A DNA stretch of 60,277 nucleotides from a virus. Lineage: Duplodnaviria; Caudoviricetes. Made by a program: the position numbers and the translations under genes. The notes beneath the pieces were generated by a model, which saw nothing but the letters and a program-made list of their open reading frames with translations, ran no database searches and was not told where the DNA came from. The DNA is taken from IMG/VR virus record IMGVR_UViG_3300042154_003205, positions 1 to 60,277 of that record, one strand, 5' to 3'. This document shows, one piece after another, positions 58,704-60,277 of this stretch (position 1 is the first letter of the stretch; the number at the start of each line of letters is the position of its first letter).

Positions 58704-59787
58704 GATCATTGTGGATGAGTGGGCTGAAGTATGGGACCTGCTCAAGACACATGCAGATGGTAGTTTTTGGCAATGGCCTGCAGAACTAGATCCTGACGCT
58801 GTGTATATTGTGGGCAGAGTTGTGCTCAAAGAAAACTGGGCAGCCATAACCGACTGGGCCACTCGATATCCTGGACACATTGTATTTTCCAATCCTGCCG
58901 AAGGCAGTGAAACTATACTGCTACAACTGCGCAGATTGGTAATAACAAACTATGTGCGTGATGGACGTATTGGTTTGTTGACATCAGGTGACATGGGACC
59001 CGGCTGGAATTACTGTAAAACAGATTGTTATTTTTCTAATATTGTAGAGTATTTAGAAAACTTACGTGCGCACGAGTCTTACCTACAAGTGTATCACAAG
59101 CAAAACAAACCTTATGACTTTTTGTTCTTGAATGGTCGATTACGTCCGCATCGCAAATATTTAATTGATGCCATGCGTGATCGACAGTTATTAGATCGAG
59201 CATTGTGGACCAATCTCAATGATCGTGTGGAAATGGCCTGGAGCAGTCAATTACAAACTGGTGATTCAGAGCCTATTAGATTGTTACCTGAACAATATGA
59301 AATTGCTCGTGCTTTGCCCAACATGGCAAACGTGCCTGGGGGATTCATAAAACATCATTTGTTTGGCAATACCTGGGGAGATGCCGAAGTCAATCCTGCT
59401 GCCTACATCGATAGCTATTTCAGTGTTGTAACAGAAACCATATTTGATTATCCGTATACGTTCCGTACAGAAAAGATCTGGAAGCCTATGATCATGGGTC
59501 ATCCGTTTGTGGCAGCAGCCAATCGCGGATACTACAGAGATTTGCATGAGGCAGGGTTCCAAACGTTTGGGCACTTGATAGATGAAAGTTTTGATCAGAT
59601 AGATGATCCCCAAGATCGTGCCAATAGAATAGTTGACGTTGTAGCAGATATATGTTATAATGGTGCTGCCAGTTTCTTGGAGAGTGCTAGATCCGTTTGT
59701 AAATACAACTATCAACAACTTCGTGAACACAATGCTCGTGAACGTGCAGAGCTTCCAGAACGTTTGGCCCAATATATAAATGAATGA
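58687..59787 (+). CDS. Hypothetical protein, probable GT-B-like glycosyltransferase fold
   Basis: FLFLNGR.RPHR, YFSVVTET, TEKIWKP and GFQTF...IDESFD. Confidence 0.5.
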   Translation: MLGNRKIIVDEWAEVWDLLKTHADGSFWQWPAELDPDAVYIVGRVVLKENWAAITDWATRYPGHIVFSNPAEGSETILLQLRRLVITNYVRDGRIGLLTSGDMGPGWNYCKTDCYFSNIVEYLENLRAHESYLQVYHKQNKPYDFLFLNGRLRPHRKYLIDAMRDRQLLDRALWTNLNDRVEMAWSSQLQTGDSEPIRLLPEQYEIARALPNMANVPGGFIKHHLFGNTWGDAEVNPAAYIDSYFSVVTETIFDYPYTFRTEKIWKPMIMGHPFVAAANRGYYRDLHEAGFQTFGHLIDESFDQIDDPQDRANRIVDVVADICYNGAASFLESARSVCKYNYQQLREHNARERAELPERLAQYINE

Positions 59788-60277
59788 TTTAGAATTTAAA
59801 CAACAGGTGTTAGACCCTGTATCCTCAAGTTTTTGTGCAGCGAAGTGGTACAATGCTACCATTTGGTTAGGAAGTGGGCAGACCACAAGTTGCCATCACC
59901 CGCCAGCTCATTTGATTGACGTTGATAAAGTCAATAACAACTCTAGGCTGCTGCACAATACTGATCAAAAGAAAGAAGACCGACGTAAAATGTTGGCTGG
60001 AGAACGTCCCAGCGGGTGCGAATACTGCTGGAAGATTGAAGACATGGACACCAACGCTGTGAGTGACCGTGTGTACAAAAGTAAAATTTATCCCATAGAG
60101 GCACTACATGAAGCAGTCAACACCCCCATCCAAGATGATGTCAATCTTAGAACGCTGGAAATCAGTTTCGATCGCACTTGCCAATTTGCTTGTTCTTATT
60201 GCAATCCTGCTTTTAGTTCCACTTGGGTCAATGATATACGCAAGCATGGACCCTACAACGGGTTGGTTAGCGATGGT
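59780..60277 (+). CDS. Radical SAM protein (partial), paralog of the 57306 gene
   Basis: MNDLEFKQQ...FCAAKW...SCHHP...CEYCW...CQFACSYC; runs off the window and is absent from the ORF track. Confidence 0.85.
   Translation, partial: MNDLEFKQQVLDPVSSSFCAAKWYNATIWLGSGQTTSCHHPPAHLIDVDKVNNNSRLLHNTDQKKEDRRKMLAGERPSGCEYCWKIEDMDTNAVSDRVYKSKIYPIEALHEAVNTPIQDDVNLRTLEISFDRTCQFACSYCNPAFSSTWVNDIRKHGPYNGLVSDG

Noticed and set aside
1-60277. Stop-codon reassignment (none of the called genes ends in TAG)
   Set aside because: All genes, including the 5178-aa ORF, are intact in the standard code with no in-frame TAG. This is stop-codon bias, not evidence of recoding.
1-60277. CRISPR or TIGR-like arrays, reverse transcriptase/DGR, integrase or transposase
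   Set aside because: No regularly spaced repeat-spacer array and no RT, integrase or transposase motifs were seen.

Overview
A 60 kb fragment of a large T4-related (myovirus-like) dsDNA phage genome. From left to right it contains: (1) a minus-strand head module (start of the major capsid gene, scaffold, prohead protease, acidic core protein, portal) followed by a tape-measure-like gene; (2) a divergent gp26-like baseplate hub gene with a probable programmed -1 frameshift extension; (3) a tightly coupled three-gene module (CPF-motif protein, Ate1/Bpt-like aminoacyl-tRNA transferase domain, DUF6614-like protein); (4) a ~390 bp highly structured non-coding element; (5) a minus-strand operon in which core genes (gp55 late sigma, gp47, gp46, GIY-YIG nuclease) are interleaved with AT-rich accessory enzymes (radical SAMs, SDR, methyltransferase, SGNH-like); (6) a plus-strand baseplate/tail-fibre module including a 5178-aa giant protein; (7) a glycosylation/heptose-activation/radical-SAM cluster. 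The leading novelty candidates are the structured RNA-like element and its apparent link to the GIY-YIG gene, the tRNA-dependent transferase module, and the G/GT-like frameshift in gp26. All family calls come from recognising motifs by eye, not from database searches.
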